DNA of 63,717 nt, filler included, from Asterionella formosa (GCA_002256025.1; 24 parts of 24 records of this genome joined end to end with filler, not necessarily neighbours in it), one strand, 5' to 3'; positions 24,344 to 38,439 are shown, numbered from the whole stretch's first letter. Notes: generated from the sequence alone by a model not told the origin. Translations and numbers: made by a program.

Positions 24344-24522
24344 GCGGGCTCCTGCAGGCGAACGGAAGGGCGGATCAGAGCTCGGCCAGCCACTCCCGCA
24401 GCAGGGCGGTCACCACGTCCGGNNNNNNNNNNNNNNNNNNNNNNNNNNNNNNNNNNNNNNNNNNNNTTAATTAATTAANNNNNNNNNNNNNNNNNNNNNN
24501 NNNNNNNNNNNNNNNNNNNNNN

Positions 24523-25648
24523 ATCCAACCATGTGACCAGCAACAAGTTGTTGGTCAAAGAGTGCCTTGCCCATGACCCGACCCAAGAATCGATAATAAA
24601 TCAAGTGATCTTCACAGCAATATTCTGTGTGTGCATGTATGCATAATAGTAAAAATGGAAAGAATAAAAACAAGTGTTAGTCGAAAGTGAAATAAATATA
24701 ATATATCGAACCAAACGATATTGCATAATTTAAAAGCCAAACACACACCAAACAACAATTCAAAGACGTACCAGATGCTGGATTGACTTCCATACACATT
24801 TGATTGGCCGAACTGCTTTGCCACAATCCCATATCTGGATCAAATATTTCTTCAGTGACAAGTTGAAACCATTCTCTCGCCAATCCACCAGCATCAATTC
24901 CCATTTCACCAATAAATTCGAATCTCCACAATTTACGTAAATCCTTTCGGGACAATGACATGACAGCATCGACAGAATCCCCCAAGAGGAATCCACGTCT
25001 GACATTCATTCTCATGTGTCCTTCATTCCATTCGACACACAATTTTGCGCAAGTTTCTTGAAACCAAATGGCCTTTTCTTCAAAGGCCTTGACTTGTGCA
25101 TTGGCAATGTCTGAGTAGGTGACAAGGTCTCGATTGTCTGCTGATTTGATTCTCGAGTCTACAACTGCGTCACTGGCAGGTACAAGAGAGAGGATCCCAG
25201 TTCTAATTCTTGGATCATCGCCAGGTCTAAATTCCAGTTTCCTGACATATGCCGACTTTTCCACATTGAATCTCGAACTGAGTTCAACATCTCCTCGTCC
25301 ATCCACTCGTACCCATTGAAATTTCATATCCGAAACTCGAATGGTACGTTGCCATCCATCCTTATCATAGGACAGTTTAATGGCAGCAGCTTCATTGGAA
25401 ATGGCTGGTTTTTGAGTCAATGCCAATGGCAATTTGAATCTAATTCGTTGTCCTGATGTAGCATTGACTGGACATGTGACAAGGACTCGGACTCCTCCTG
25501 CCAATAAAGCAAATGGTTGTCCAGGTAAGACTCCCCTTGGTACTTCCACTTCAAACAATTGTGTTGTCTTGTCTTGTTCTCTTATTGGTAGTGGTGGTGA
25601 TGACATGTTATTGCTATTGTTGCTGTGGTTGCTGCTATTACTATTCAT
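24523..25648 (-). CDS. HECT-type E3 ubiquitin ligase fragment (haplotype A)
   Basis: RFEFIGEMGIDAGGLAREWFQL, then intron, then YYRFLGRVMGKALFDQQL. Confidence 0.9.
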
Positions 25649-26988
25649 ACTGGTANNNNNNNNNNNNNNNNNNNNNNNNNNNNNNNNNNNNNNNNNNNNT
25701 TAATTAATTAANNNNNNNNNNNNNNNNNNNNNNNNNNNNNNNNNNNNNNNNNNNNAACTGAAGTTCTCATTTTCTGATGTAGGAGTATGTGTAGAGGAAG
25801 GCTGATGAGGAGCAATAGAGCGTTGCTTTGTTGGAAAATTTTGTGTTTCATGAGCGATGCTGATACAAACAATGGCGCAATGATAGGTACCCTGGTACCA
25901 CAGCATATTACCACCGGTACCAGTACCTGGTATGTAAGTACCTGGTACCGTTGTCATCGTTCATCCGACTGACCTGACCACTGCTACCAGGTACCATTGT
26001 ACCAGAACAGCGGGGTACCTGGTACCAGATACGACACATGTACAATCTATGAACATACGATATCACTGACGCAGTTGAACCTTTTTTGCGACCTGGCTGT
26101 CTATCATACCAACCGGAACATTTACACCATGTCGTATGTAAATGCAACCTGGTATTGATGGATTGCGGAGTACTGGTACTGGTACCTTGCACGTTGCGAT
26201 AGTTTGGCTGAAACTAAAGATTTAGCTATCTTTATCCTTGATTAAAATGTTAGTTGAAGCAAAATGACCGCAACTTGCTCTGGTACTCCTGCCCTGGTAC
26301 GAGTACCGGTACCTGGTACCTGGTAGCTCCAAGAATGAACACGTATGCATGTGGGTCGTAGGCAGCAGGATAACAGAAAGTATACCTGCTAAGAATCTGA
26401 CCTGTAGTTAGGCTATAACTTAGCGTAACACAAATACAGACACATACGCACGTGCTTTTTGTGTGCTTGTGCATTCAATTTCACTGTGTGCATCACCTTT
26501 TCCAATACAATAATACACAGCACAAACGACCAAATTTCTTGTGTGGCAACACTTTCTGTGTGTCCTCCAATGTTTTCGGTGTGGCCACACAAGAATCAAA
26601 TAGAATATTCGATTTTAGTTTTACTTTATACTATGCATATTGCGGTATATAGTTATGTTAAAGTATTACCTTTCTTGATAGATCTATATCGTTAGACAAA
26701 GAAGACTATAGATAGAGACATTCATTTCACTTTCCGTTTCTATATTCTTATTTGAGTTTACTAAACTAGTTTAGGTTGTTCGGTTTGAACTGAAAAACGA
26801 ACTATTCTCCAAATGCTGTTTGCATTTCTAGAAACATACAATCATTGATAGACCCATGTCTATCTCACACTTACTGATCATAGGTTTANNNNNNNNNNNN
26901 NNNNNNNNNNNNNNNNNNNNNNNNNNNNNNNNTTAATTAATTAANNNNNNNNNNNNNNNNNNNNNNNNNNNNNNNNNNNNNNNNNNNN

Positions 26989-28121
26989 TACCAGTATGAA
27001 TAGTAATAGCAGCAACCACAGCAACAATAGCAATAACATGTCATCACCACCACTACCAATAAGAGAACAAGACAAGACAACACAATTGTTTGAAGTGGAA
27101 GTACCAAGGGGAGTCCTACCTGGACAACCATTTGCTTTATTGGCAGGAGGAGTCCGAGTCCTTGTCACATGTCCAGTCAATGCTACATCAGGACAACGAA
27201 TTAGATTCAAATTGCCATTGGCATTGACTCAAAAGCCAGCCATTTCCAATGAAGCCGCTGCCATTAAACTGTCCTATGATAAGGATGGATGGCAACGTAC
27301 CATTCGAGTTTCGGATATGAAATTTCAATGGGTACGAGTGGATGGACGAGGAGATGTTGAACTCAGTTCGAGATTCAATGTGGAAAAGTCGGCATATGTC
27401 AGGAAACTGGAATTTAGACCTGGCGATGATCCAAGAATTAGAACTGGGATCCTCTCTCTTGTACCTGCCAGTGACGCAGTTGTAGACTCGAGAATCAAAT
27501 CAGCAGACAATCGAGACCTTGTCACCTACTCAGACATTGCCAATGCACAAGTCAAGGCCTTTGAAGAAAAGGCCATTTGGTTTCAAGAAACTTGCGCAAA
27601 ATTGTGTGTCGAATGGAATGAAGGACACATGAGAATGAATGTCAGACGTGGATTCCTCTTGGGGGATTCTGTCGATGCTGTCATGTCATTGTCCCGAAAG
27701 GATTTACGTAAATTGTGGAGATTCGAATTTATTGGTGAAATGGGAATTGATGCTGGTGGATTGGCGAGAGAATGGTTTCAACTTGTCACTGAAGAAATAT
27801 TTGATCCAGATATGGGATTGTGGCAAAGCAGTTCGGCCAATCAAATGTGTATGGAAGTCAATCCAGCATCTGGTACGTCTTTGAATTGTTGTTTGGTGTG
27901 TGTTTGTCTTTTAAATTATGCAATATCGTTTGGTTCGATATATTATATTTATTTCACTTTCGACTAACACTTGTTTTTATTCTTTCCATTTTTACTATTA
28001 TGCATACATGCACACACAGAATATTGCTGTGAAGATCACTTGATTTATTATCGATTCTTGGGTCGGGTCATGGGCAAGGCACTCTTTGACCAACAACTTG
28101 TTGCTGGTCACATGGTTGGAT
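26989..28121 (+). CDS. HECT-type E3 ubiquitin ligase fragment (haplotype B), intron 27873-28019
   Basis: Near-exact reverse complement of 24523-25655; GTACGT...CTAAC...ACAG intron restores ASEYCCEDHL. Confidence 0.9.
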
Positions 28122-29869
28122 NNNNNNNNNNNNNNNNNNNNNNNNNNNNNNNNNNNNNNNNNNNNTTAATTAATTAANNNNNNNNNNNNNNNNNNNNNNN
28201 NNNNNNNNNNNNNNNNNNNNNTCTGGATGATCCAGACAATCGTGTTGATGAAATCTTCTGGGAGCATCATATTTCTGGGAACTACCTGCTAGCTGGTGAC
28301 TGGGGCCATGAGGGAATCCAGGATGTGACAATCCGAGAGAGCATGGATTTCTTTTTGAGAATGAGACAAAAAGGAATCCGAGCACATTCCTGGATCTGAT
28401 GCTAGGCTTATCGATTTCATTGAATTAACAAATGATCGGCACTCGCTCAGATTGCAAACCCCCAGGGTTGAGAACAACTCCCAGTAATCAGAAGGGTTCA
28501 ACAGTACTTTCCTTGAATGAATACGACAGCCGCAATTATGGCATGGAGGCATTGATACCCTTTCAAACACTTTAAAATTCCTGATTTATTTATGCCAAAC
28601 AAGAACAGTAGCTGAATGATTACTGGTAGAATGGACAATGTATGACGCTGGCATATTGTAGCCTTTAGGACCTTACTAGTGACACATGGTGCTCCGATGC
28701 AGCCTTTTTCCAAAGGAATCTTTGCTTCCTCGTACTCATGCTCTTCTGGTTGACTCCAGAAGGGTCGTTCCTTCTGGGTCGGCTTTGAGCAGTTCACTTT
28801 GTCCCCATAAATGGAAGAATCAATTCTTTTGCATATATCTACCGTACTACCGGTATGTAAAAAATGCACAAAAAAGAAGCAAGAATGAAATCGCAAGCAA
28901 GCACACGCATTTCGCACATTTTCCCTTGCTGCATTGCTCATTCTCCGCCCAACAAACTATGTCTACCTGGTACCAGGTACCACGAACTGGTACCTGGTAA
29001 CTACAGATCACCAAACTGGTACATAGCTAGATAACACGTCAGTGCATGGCTTTTGTAGACTACCGGTATACATATAATACAACGTACATGATCGTCAACA
29101 ATGTTCCAACGCCGCTTTATGATAACAGGCAGGTCATAAAAACGAAATTACAACACTTCGCTCAAAATAAAAGGTTGTGCGTCGTTGATCGAGATTGCAA
29201 TTCGTCACTATAAACCCCATCATACTAACTACCGGTGTATAGACCGACATTTGCGTCTGTGACTTCTTCCTTTTTGCACCATCACACATACGATCCAACG
29301 TATCTTGCGCGAAAAGTCCTAGCGTGTTTTGTTTGCTTGGTTCTTCCAGCATCCNNNNNNNNNNNNNNNNNNNNNNNNNNNNNNNNNNNNNNNNNNNNTT
29401 AATTAATTAANNNNNNNNNNNNNNNNNNNNNNNNNNNNNNNNNNNNNNNNNNNNGATATTGTTTCAGAATTTGGGGTGCTAGGAGGGTAAGGGGAGCACG
29501 CCTTCTAAGGATCATGTACACATAGTGCTAAGGATCTATTCTAGAGTTTAGAGACCATTATAAACTGCTTAGACCACTATAACATTAGGATTGGGTTAGG
29601 GTCAAGGGATTCTGCCATGTAGGTGTCATCGCTATGCAGCACCCAGCACTTCTAGGGAGATGGGTGTTACATGAGCACATGATACAACTAACCCAAGGGC
29701 TATTATTATCAATTTTCATTGTGCATCACTTAATTTGAAATTTTTTGGAAAATGTATCATCAACGATAACTCGATTTGAACCAAAGTTCATCCATTCCAA
29801 ACATGAGACTGTATCACTATTTTGTGATCACAGTGTATTATCATAGAGAGCTTACTTTTGAACCTACTT

Positions 29870-30587
29870 TACCTCCGTCTGATGATCCTTTATCTCCTTC
29901 TGATCCTATTGGGCCCGTCTTTTCCCCTGACGATTCTTACTGGATGAATGGGCTCCAAAAAGTGCGGTTTGATGATTGCAAGAGTCGGGGAATCTTATAT
30001 CGCCCTGAAATTGTGAAGGCAATGTTAAAAGCGGTTGAAGATGCCTTCAAAAAAGGTGGTCCGGCTGGAATCATGATTAAGGGACCGCATGGAATTGGCA
30101 AGTCGCACTCACTTGTCAACTTGGTTCGTACGCTGCAATATGACAGTAGCTGCAAGTACCTCGTAACTATGATTTCAGACTGTCAACGATGGGGCGACGT
30201 TGACGATTTGTATACTGCGATCTGCAGTTCATTTGGTACTTCATTATCTGCTCCTCTCTCGTGGTCGAGCAGCTCAGCTTTGGTTTCGCAATCGAAACAC
30301 CTCAATACTTTTGTCAATGGCGTGGACTTGATTCTTCGACGTATGAAGTAGAAATGGGTCCTGGTATTCGATCAGATCAACAGATTGTTTACTCGATTCA
30401 CTACAGTGGATGTCAAAGATCTGGGTTCGCTTCCCTTTCCTTTTAAGATCATCATTGATATAATGCAGGGAGGCCACATTGTCTCCATCATTTCAGCTTC
30501 AGCAAACAACGAGGTTGCCTACATAGAAAGGCATTCAGGCTTTGAGGAATACAATCACCCTTGCAAAATGGATTTGGACGAAATAAA
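29870..30587 (+). pseudogene. P-loop NTPase, Crinkler/RHS-like, with internal stop
   Basis: Walker A GPHGIGKS, Walker B-like WVLVFDQIN after TAG at 30349-30351, ISASANNE. Confidence 0.55.
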
Positions 30588-30687
30588 NNNNNNNNNNNNN
30601 NNNNNNNNNNNNNNNNNNNNNNNNNNNNNNNTTAATTAATTAANNNNNNNNNNNNNNNNNNNNNNNNNNNNNNNNNNNNNNNNNNNN

Positions 30688-31820
30688 TAGGTTGACCGTA
30701 CGAGTGGCGCCCCCGGCGCTGCGAGAAGGTCACCCTACGAGTGCCATCCCAGTCGAGTACACATGTATACGAGAAGGCAAGTAGCCGCCGAGAAGGGTAT
30801 TGTTGAGGCAATTCACAAACTAGCTATCGTCGCGTCATTCGCTTACCTACTGCCCACAAATTTAGCATAAATGTCAATTTTAGCCTACTATTGCCCATCA
30901 TATAAAATATATTTTGGTTATTTCCTATCTTCACCTCGAAAATTGCCAAAGGTCCGATATTGCCCATCATTAAAATATATTTTATATATTTCATATGTTC
31001 GCATTTTGGCAAGACAACAGACACCAATTGCCCCTCGGTTTTCCAGCCCTGGGATTGCCGAAATCGGCAAGGGGTCTACTTAAGGAAACCATTTTATATA
31101 CTATTCAGATTGAAATAATTTATATCTAGAATTCACCTCGTTTTTGTTCGTCTCCTGAAAAGTGGACTCCGGCAATTCACCTTTCACCATGCCAATCGTC
31201 GTCCATCATGACCGGTTTGAAGCGAAATCAGTTCCGCGATGACGCCAGTAGCGATTCGTTGCCTAACGGATGCGGTTGATTGTTGGATTGCTTGTCTTCT
31301 CGAGGTATTCATGTAGTCGCATCGTCCATATTTCGTCAGACGAACGATGATATCGATACATCTGATGTTGGTGGCAAGTTTTTGCTCCGGTCATGTATGT
31401 AATGATGCTTAACGGATAGTCTACCGGTACCGGCAGTCATCTAGTCTACATACGTACGTGGTACTAAAAACAACCATGCATGCTTTAACGCTTACTTTGA
31501 ACACGTTATGATTTTATCTTTGTAGACTCGGTATTATTTTTACGAGACCTGAAATGTTGAATTATATCGTTCACATATTCATTGATTTTACGTACCGTAT
31601 GCCCGATTTCGTCCTCACAAATATAGTTCTCACTCTATCTTGCCTGCCTTTGCTCTATTCGGGCTTGCAATAGGCAACGTTCGTCTTTCTTTGATCCCAT
31701 CGTCTGCTGCTTGTTATGCTAGTTGAAGCGGATTGGTAAGTACAACAGTGAAACACTGAATGTGGATTGTAGATCGTATTTATCGACTTTCCGATTTGAT
31801 TGCTTCCGTGGTTTGTTTTG
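30688..31820 (+). mobile_element. Non-autonomous DNA element (GCAAT-terminal MITE family), left part
   Basis: Left end GGCAATTCACAAACTAGCTATC at ~30807, subterminal TATTGCCCATCAT repeats; matches 35010-35517 and 36849-36975. Confidence 0.8.
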
Positions 31821-31920
31821 NNNNNNNNNNNNNNNNNNNNNNNNNNNNNNNNNNNNNNNNNNNNTTAATTAATTAANNNNNNNNNNNNNNNNNNNNNNNN
31901 NNNNNNNNNNNNNNNNNNNN

Positions 31921-32295
31921 CGAATTATCTCCACGAAAATAGAGAACGACGCTTTGCTACTTGCTACCTGTATTAAGAATGACATGGAAAATACAATCGT
32001 AAAAGAAGTAAAGTAATAACACTAATAATGACAACGAAAATTGAGATCGCCGATAACAACATGAAGTCGCGTTTTTCTTGCGAGGTGAAGAACTCTCTCA
32101 TTTTTCACAAGACGGAAATAATTGTCATATTAATACATCTTAGAAAAATGTGCGCTATCCTGTAGAACTAAAGAAATTTACTTAAGTCCATTATAAGGGA
32201 AATCTCTTCATTGTCCTGGGCCCCCCTTAAGTAAAATCAGTCAAATTCAGTCACGGCAGTGTACATTGGGGGGTCCAGGACAATGAAGTATACGG
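31921..32295 (-). mobile_element. pogo-like element 5' end
   Basis: Ends ...GGACAATGAAGTATACGG|TA; homologous to 43660-43871 and, inverted, to 50790-51055. Confidence 0.75.
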
Positions 32296-34627
32296 TAGTC
32301 ATATTGTGCATGGAGTGTAGCAGTCTACCGGTTGAACCGTACAGATCCATGCACGATTTCAAACATGCATTGTGTATTTTATAATTTGTTGCCCTATTTC
32401 GACATCAAGTATGGCATACGAACGGATTCTGGATTCCGTCCTGTGGTTCACACGTGTGTAGATTTCATTGTATGTTGGCTGCTCATATCTCATCGTCGTG
32501 ACCGGTAAAACTGAAATGCAACTCATTATTTTTGAAATGCAACTCATTACATATATTTTTGTTGTCCTACGTCACAGAGTCGATGGGCTGATAAGTACAT
32601 CTGGGTATTCCGGGAGAATTCTACTTCTGAACACCGTCGTTGCGTTAGCTCGGAAGGAGGAAAAAAGTATCCCCTAACCCTGATACCAGATTCACGTTCG
32701 CTGCTTAAGTTTAAGCAAGATGTCAGTTTCCTGCTTAAGTTAAACGTTTCCTCGATGGGAAGGCCGGCGTGAATGCATTTTACCCCGCCGGTCCATCCCA
32801 AAGGACGTTTGCGTATAACGCCTTAACGTTTTTCCAGCGAATTTTGAAACGTGTATCAAAATTTCACTTCCGTGTGTACAAGCACATCTGTCCCTGATGG
32901 TGGCTGGTCGTATAATTGAGAATATGAATAAACAAAGAAGGAGCAGTTGGGTCATCTCATGTATACATATTGTGAAATAAAACATTTATGTGGATATATA
33001 TTTTAATGGGGTAGAAGTAACTACTGGGAAAACACCTAAAACAATACGTGTAGNNNNNNNNNNNNNNNNNNNNNNNNNNNNNNNNNNNNNNNNNNNNTTA
33101 ATTAATTAANNNNNNNNNNNNNNNNNNNNNNNNNNNNNNNNNNNNNNNNNNNNTGCATCAGAAGAAATCGGTGATGATGCAAGCGCAAAAAGCGTACTGC
33201 ATCGCGCAAAAAGGTAAAGTAATACGAAAAGAATTTCTGTAGTATAAACGGAGTAAAAATAATCACGGTTTGGGGGGAAATATACTCATGTATGAATAGA
33301 AATATATGTACTGTAAGCCCCGCTATGCAACTATGTTGATGACTTTAAAAAAATTAGATCTGCATGACTTAATACACTGAATCGAAACTGATTACTTATT
33401 CTTAGAATAGAGTGCAACGTGTAACATGCACTTCGTACTTGCATCAGGTTTCGATTTTAATATTACTTGAATATTTTTTAGTCGGAAGATGGAGTAAGAT
33501 AACGGTGGCTCACAGTTTTTAAATGGTCCCTTCTGGTAGCTATTACTGCATACTGTGTACCAGGTACCTGGTACCAGGGTACCAGGGTACCGCACACAAA
33601 TGGCGAAGCACTGGGCCAATCGGGGGATGATGGTATGTGGGTCTACCTTGGTGATTCCGTTGATGAATGCTCAAGTTAATTAGGCAATAAGAGGTGACAG
33701 GGATAGGGATATGACACGAATCATTACCTGTAACCAAATAAATCGAATGCGATAATTTTGTATCCTGCTGCGTATATGCATCATATCGCAATGAAGTCTC
33801 AAAACATGGGGTAATCCGTGTTCAGGCAATATTTTCGTCGATTGCACTTTTCAACCAAAAGGTTTAGGACAAACCAATTGCTATAAACTTACATCAAATG
33901 GCACAGCCATAAAGTGTACCGGCATCTTACATGCTCAGGATTCGGGTCGAAGTTTTAAAATCAACAAATCGGCATTTGGTAGGGTCAAACCGGTTCACAG
34001 CAGTTTTCAACTGGTACTGGTAAAGACAATTGAGGTTGCTCCTCCTAAGTAAAACCTTAGTATTCGCCAAATTCCACCGTTGAAGGATCATAGTTATGCC
34101 ATTGCTTTAAATATGATATTTTCTGTTGAAATTGCTTTACACTAATTTCATACTGCACGGAATTGTATGTATCGTAAGAAGGGTGAGACGAACTCTGTAA
34201 TATGGTCTTTGACCGTTGAACGGCCAGTGTTCTCGACAACTTTTATATTTTCTTGCGAATTTTATCGTCACCAAACAATTCCCTGNNNNNNNNNNNNNNN
34301 NNNNNNNNNNNNNNNNNNNNNNNNNNNNNTTAATTAATTAANNNNNNNNNNNNNNNNNNNNNNNNNNNNNNNNNNNNNNNNNNNNATCTTGCTGCTGTTT
34401 GGTGCATGGCGGACAGGCTAGCGTGCTATTGCAGACAATGCCTAATGATTATGAGACATATAATTGAAACTAGACTAATCTGTTATTGATTTGCGTCTTA
34501 TTTTAGTTATTGATATTTCAAAAAAAGTAACAGAATATTTTAGAAAAGTAACATAATATTTTAAAAAAGGAGCATAAATACGTCACTTTAGACATAAATT
34601 CGAAAAAGTGCCGTAAACGGCGTCTTA

Positions 34628-35517
34628 GATGTGCCCATCATATAAAATATATTTTGTATATTTCCTATCTTCACCTCGAAAATTGCCAAAGGTCCGATAT
34701 TGCCCATCATTAAAATATAATTTGTATAGCATTTTTGATGTGTCTAAACTTTTTCCCATGAAAATTCTACTCCTGACATTGCTCAATGGTCCCTGCTGCT
34801 TAAACCTAAAATTGACTGCCGAAAAATCCAATGTGCCCCATATTGCCTCTAAATAAAAAAATTACGTAAAGAAAACAATAATTACTTAGACACCCACAAT
34901 TCTCATCGAAAAGCAAGACGATAGCTAGGGTGGGGATTGCTGAAAGCAATACACGCCCGAGGTGGTCTCTTGCCTGCAAGTATACATGTGTTCGAGGCTG
35001 GGTGGCGTGAGTAGGTTGACCGTAGTACGAGTGGCGACCCCGGTGCTGCGAGAAAGTCACCCTACGAGTGCCATCCCAGTCGAGTACACATGGATACGAG
35101 AAGGCAAGTAGCCGCCGAGAAAGGTATTGTTGAGGCAATTCCCGCTCTAGCTATCATCGCGTCATTCGCTTATTTACTGCCCACAAATTTAGCATAAATG
35201 TCAATTTTAGCCTACTATTGCCCATCATATAAAATATATTTTGGATATTTCCTATCTTCACCTCGAAAATTGCCAAAGGTCCGATATTGCCCATCATTAA
35301 AATATATTTTGTATATTTCATATGTTTGCATTTTGGCAAGACAACAGACGCCAATTGCCCCTCGGTTTTCCAGCCCTGGGATTGCCGAAGTCGGCAAGGG
35401 GTCTACTTAAGGAAACCATTTTATATACTAAACAGATTTTGATAATTTATATCTAGAATTCACCTCGTTTTTGTTTGTCTCCTGAAAAGTGGACTCCGGC
35501 AATTCACCTTTCACCAT
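34628..35517 (+). mobile_element. Abutting GCAAT-terminal MITEs (right end, short internal MITE, left end)
   Basis: GATAGCTAGGGTGGGGATTGC ends at 34940; 34946-35130 has imperfect TIRs; GGCAATTCCCGCTCTAGCTATC begins at ~35134. Confidence 0.75.
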
Positions 35518-35639
35518 NNNNNNNNNNNNNNNNNNNNNNNNNNNNNNNNNNNNNNNNNNNNTTAATTAATTAANNNNNNNNNNNNNNNNNNNNNNNNNNN
35601 NNNNNNNNNNNNNNNNNATTAATTCTTTATCCTTTGTCA

Positions 35640-36748
35640 TCTGGCTCTGGAGGCTGAAACGAAAGTTAAAAAGAGGAAGGCGAAATGGGAGCATGAGAGA
35701 ATGTCATGGCATTCTCATGTCAAGAAGCTGTGTCATGAGGACGCTTTTGAAAAGACTTATAGAATGTCCCTTCGAGCCTTTAAGAAGTTGGTTTACTTTC
35801 TGGAGAGTGATGTCATTGGGAATTTCTCCAAGTGCGGTACAGCTATTCCCATTTACCCAGAAATTTTGCTGGCCATTGGCATTCGATGGTTGGCTGGAGG
35901 CAGCTACATTGACATTCGTCATGCCTATGGATGTAGCATAGCTTCAATCTATAGATGCCGAGATTTATTTCTTGAAGCCGTGCTTAACTGTGATTATCTG
36001 AAAATTATATTTCCTAAAACAAGGAGTGATTTGGTGAAATTGGCTATAGCCTTTGAACAAAAGAGCACAGAAGGGTTGATCAGAGGGTGTGTTGGTCGGC
36101 TATTGATGGTTTTTTAGCCACAATTAGTCGCCCCACGCTACTACGTGACTGTGGAAACAATCCAGGAGCTTTTTATTCTGGACATTACATGACTTATGGT
36201 ATCAATGTTCAGGCTATCTGTGATGTTGAGAGTAGATTTATATTTTTTAGGGTGATTGCTCCTGGACGATGCAATGATCAAGTTGCATTTGAGAGAACTG
36301 CTCTACCCAACAAAACTGCATTATTTGATTCTGGTTTTTATCTTGTTGGTGATGCAGCATATACATTGTCAGATGTCATGTTAGTTCCATTTGTTGGTTC
36401 TCAGCGTGATGACCAAACACAAGATGCCTATAATTTCTTTCTTTCCCAGCTACGGATTAGGATAGAGATGGCATTTGGTTGGTTACAGACAAAATGGGCT
36501 GTTCTAAAAAGAAACTTAACAACTGGCTTGGAAACAACTCCAAAAGTGCTTGAGGTATGTGCACGTTTGCACAATTATGTCATAGACGAAAATAAAGTTG
36601 ATAAGGATATTTCTGGGTTACCTGGAAGTGATGAGGCAGATGACATCCAGGAGATTTTAGCTGAAATCACCCCAGTCTACAATTCTCCACTTGGTTGGGG
36701 ATATTTGCCAACGGTTGAGAAATTGGATGTAATGCCTGGTACTTCTGT
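35640..36748 (+). mobile_element. PIF/Harbinger (HARBI1-like) DDE transposase, frameshifted
   Basis: TYRMS, LAIGIRWLAGGSYIDI, GCVG/AIDG, INVQAICD, LVGDAAY, YNFFLSQLRIRIEMAFG, CARLHNY. Confidence 0.9.
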
Positions 36749-36848
36749 NNNNNNNNNNNNNNNNNNNNNNNNNNNNNNNNNNNNNNNNNNNNTTAATTAA
36801 TTAANNNNNNNNNNNNNNNNNNNNNNNNNNNNNNNNNNNNNNNNNNNN

Positions 36849-37889
36849 CCCATCGTCTGCTGCTTGTTATGCTAGTTGAAGCGGATCGGCAAGTACAACA
36901 GTGAAACACTGAATGTGGATTGTAGATCGTATTTATCGACCTTCCGATTTGATTGCTTCCGTGGTTTTTTTGATCACTTCCATCGTTGTTTGTCGTTATG
37001 CACTGTCGTTTTGTTTCGATTATACATATCTACATTAGAACCAATGCATTTATCAATGACTACTCATTGAAGATGTGGTATTGTGCCATTGTTGACCGTA
37101 ATTGTTGGTTTGTATAGTCATTGACAATGATGTCAATATTGCCGCCAAGCAATGCTTTTCTTGTACTAACGCGCTTTGCTACATTTCTACTGCGAGTTCG
37201 TATCAGAAGCTACATGAATACTCAGCTAGAGAGAGTCAATAGTGCTGGAGCAGCGTGGCGATCATGCTTGCTCAGAATGGAATGATCAGGGTTGCCTGTT
37301 TGGTGGGCGGAGAGGAATGACTGTGGCGGAAATACTGCTACTGGTGTCAGGCTACTATAGCGATGCGCATGGTTCCAGCAACCAGACCATTGACGCTAAA
37401 TAACGATGCAGGTCTACATTGGATAGAGCTTTTTTTCTTCTTCTTTCGGTCTTCGATTGTATGGTGATGGAAAGTCAATGTTGCCTGCTGGTGTGTAAGT
37501 ACTACAATGATTCACAATGCATACGTCTCCATTGGAACTCTTATTTTATATTTCATTTCTAACCCAAATTTTTTTCTTCTATTTCTCATTTGATGCTACT
37601 TATTATATTACATCGCATTTCATACTTTGGTTGCTCCAAACATCATGTTCAATTTTCATTGATGTTGCATGTTAGAATCATTCTCGTGTGTTTTACGCTT
37701 ATTGTACTATCTCTATGCATATTACCGTTATTCTGGTTGTCATGCTAAAATCGGCAATTTTATTGCCGAAAAATTCGATGTGCCCCATATTGCCCTTAAA
37801 TAAAAATTACTTAAGAAATTACTTAGAGCCTAAAAATTACTTAGAAGTACTACCTGAATAGCAAGAAGATAGCTGGAGCGGGAATTGCT
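36849..37889 (+). mobile_element. GCAAT-terminal element, internal and right part
   Basis: Overlaps 31697-31820; ends GATAGCTGGAGCGGGAATTGC; 37200-37700 matches 51990-52445 inverted. Confidence 0.7.
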
Positions 37890-38439
37890 TTATTATGACT
37901 GGACTATTCTATTGGTGTCATGAGTGCATTGTTAGTGGCACTCACGCATGTATCTAATCTGGTGGGTACGCCGTTATGGTTCGTACGGCGCATGTACAGG
38001 ACACCATATTCCAAATGATGCAATCTTCACCATACCAGGTACCAGGTACCGGTTACCGGTAATCAAACGTTCATAATTTCCGGGTTGTTTTAGCCTTTTT
38101 TCCTACTATACGTAAATCTTCTTTTTCGACTTTCACGGACATTTTCATTGAGCCCCCCCCCCTAAGTTGCTCCACTTCCACCAGCCTCAAGAAATACCAG
38201 ACCTACATTTGCTCTTGAAAAGAGAATACAGGAATGATCATATTGTTGGAGCAACAATTGTTGGATAGATATTTAATTAAACCCATCCCCCACCCGGGTG
38301 CTGAGACCAGCATACCGGTCTCAGATTTGGCCTAGTAAAGCCAAAAATAATCACAGCTGTTTACCCACGTGCAGCCTCCTACCTACTCCTAGTACGTGAC
38401 AAGATGAGGCCATCATGGAAAGGGGGACTTTAGTCGGTT

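Noticed and set aside
23304..24478. Long plus-strand ORFs
   Set aside because: Antisense shadows of the GC-rich bacterial gene.
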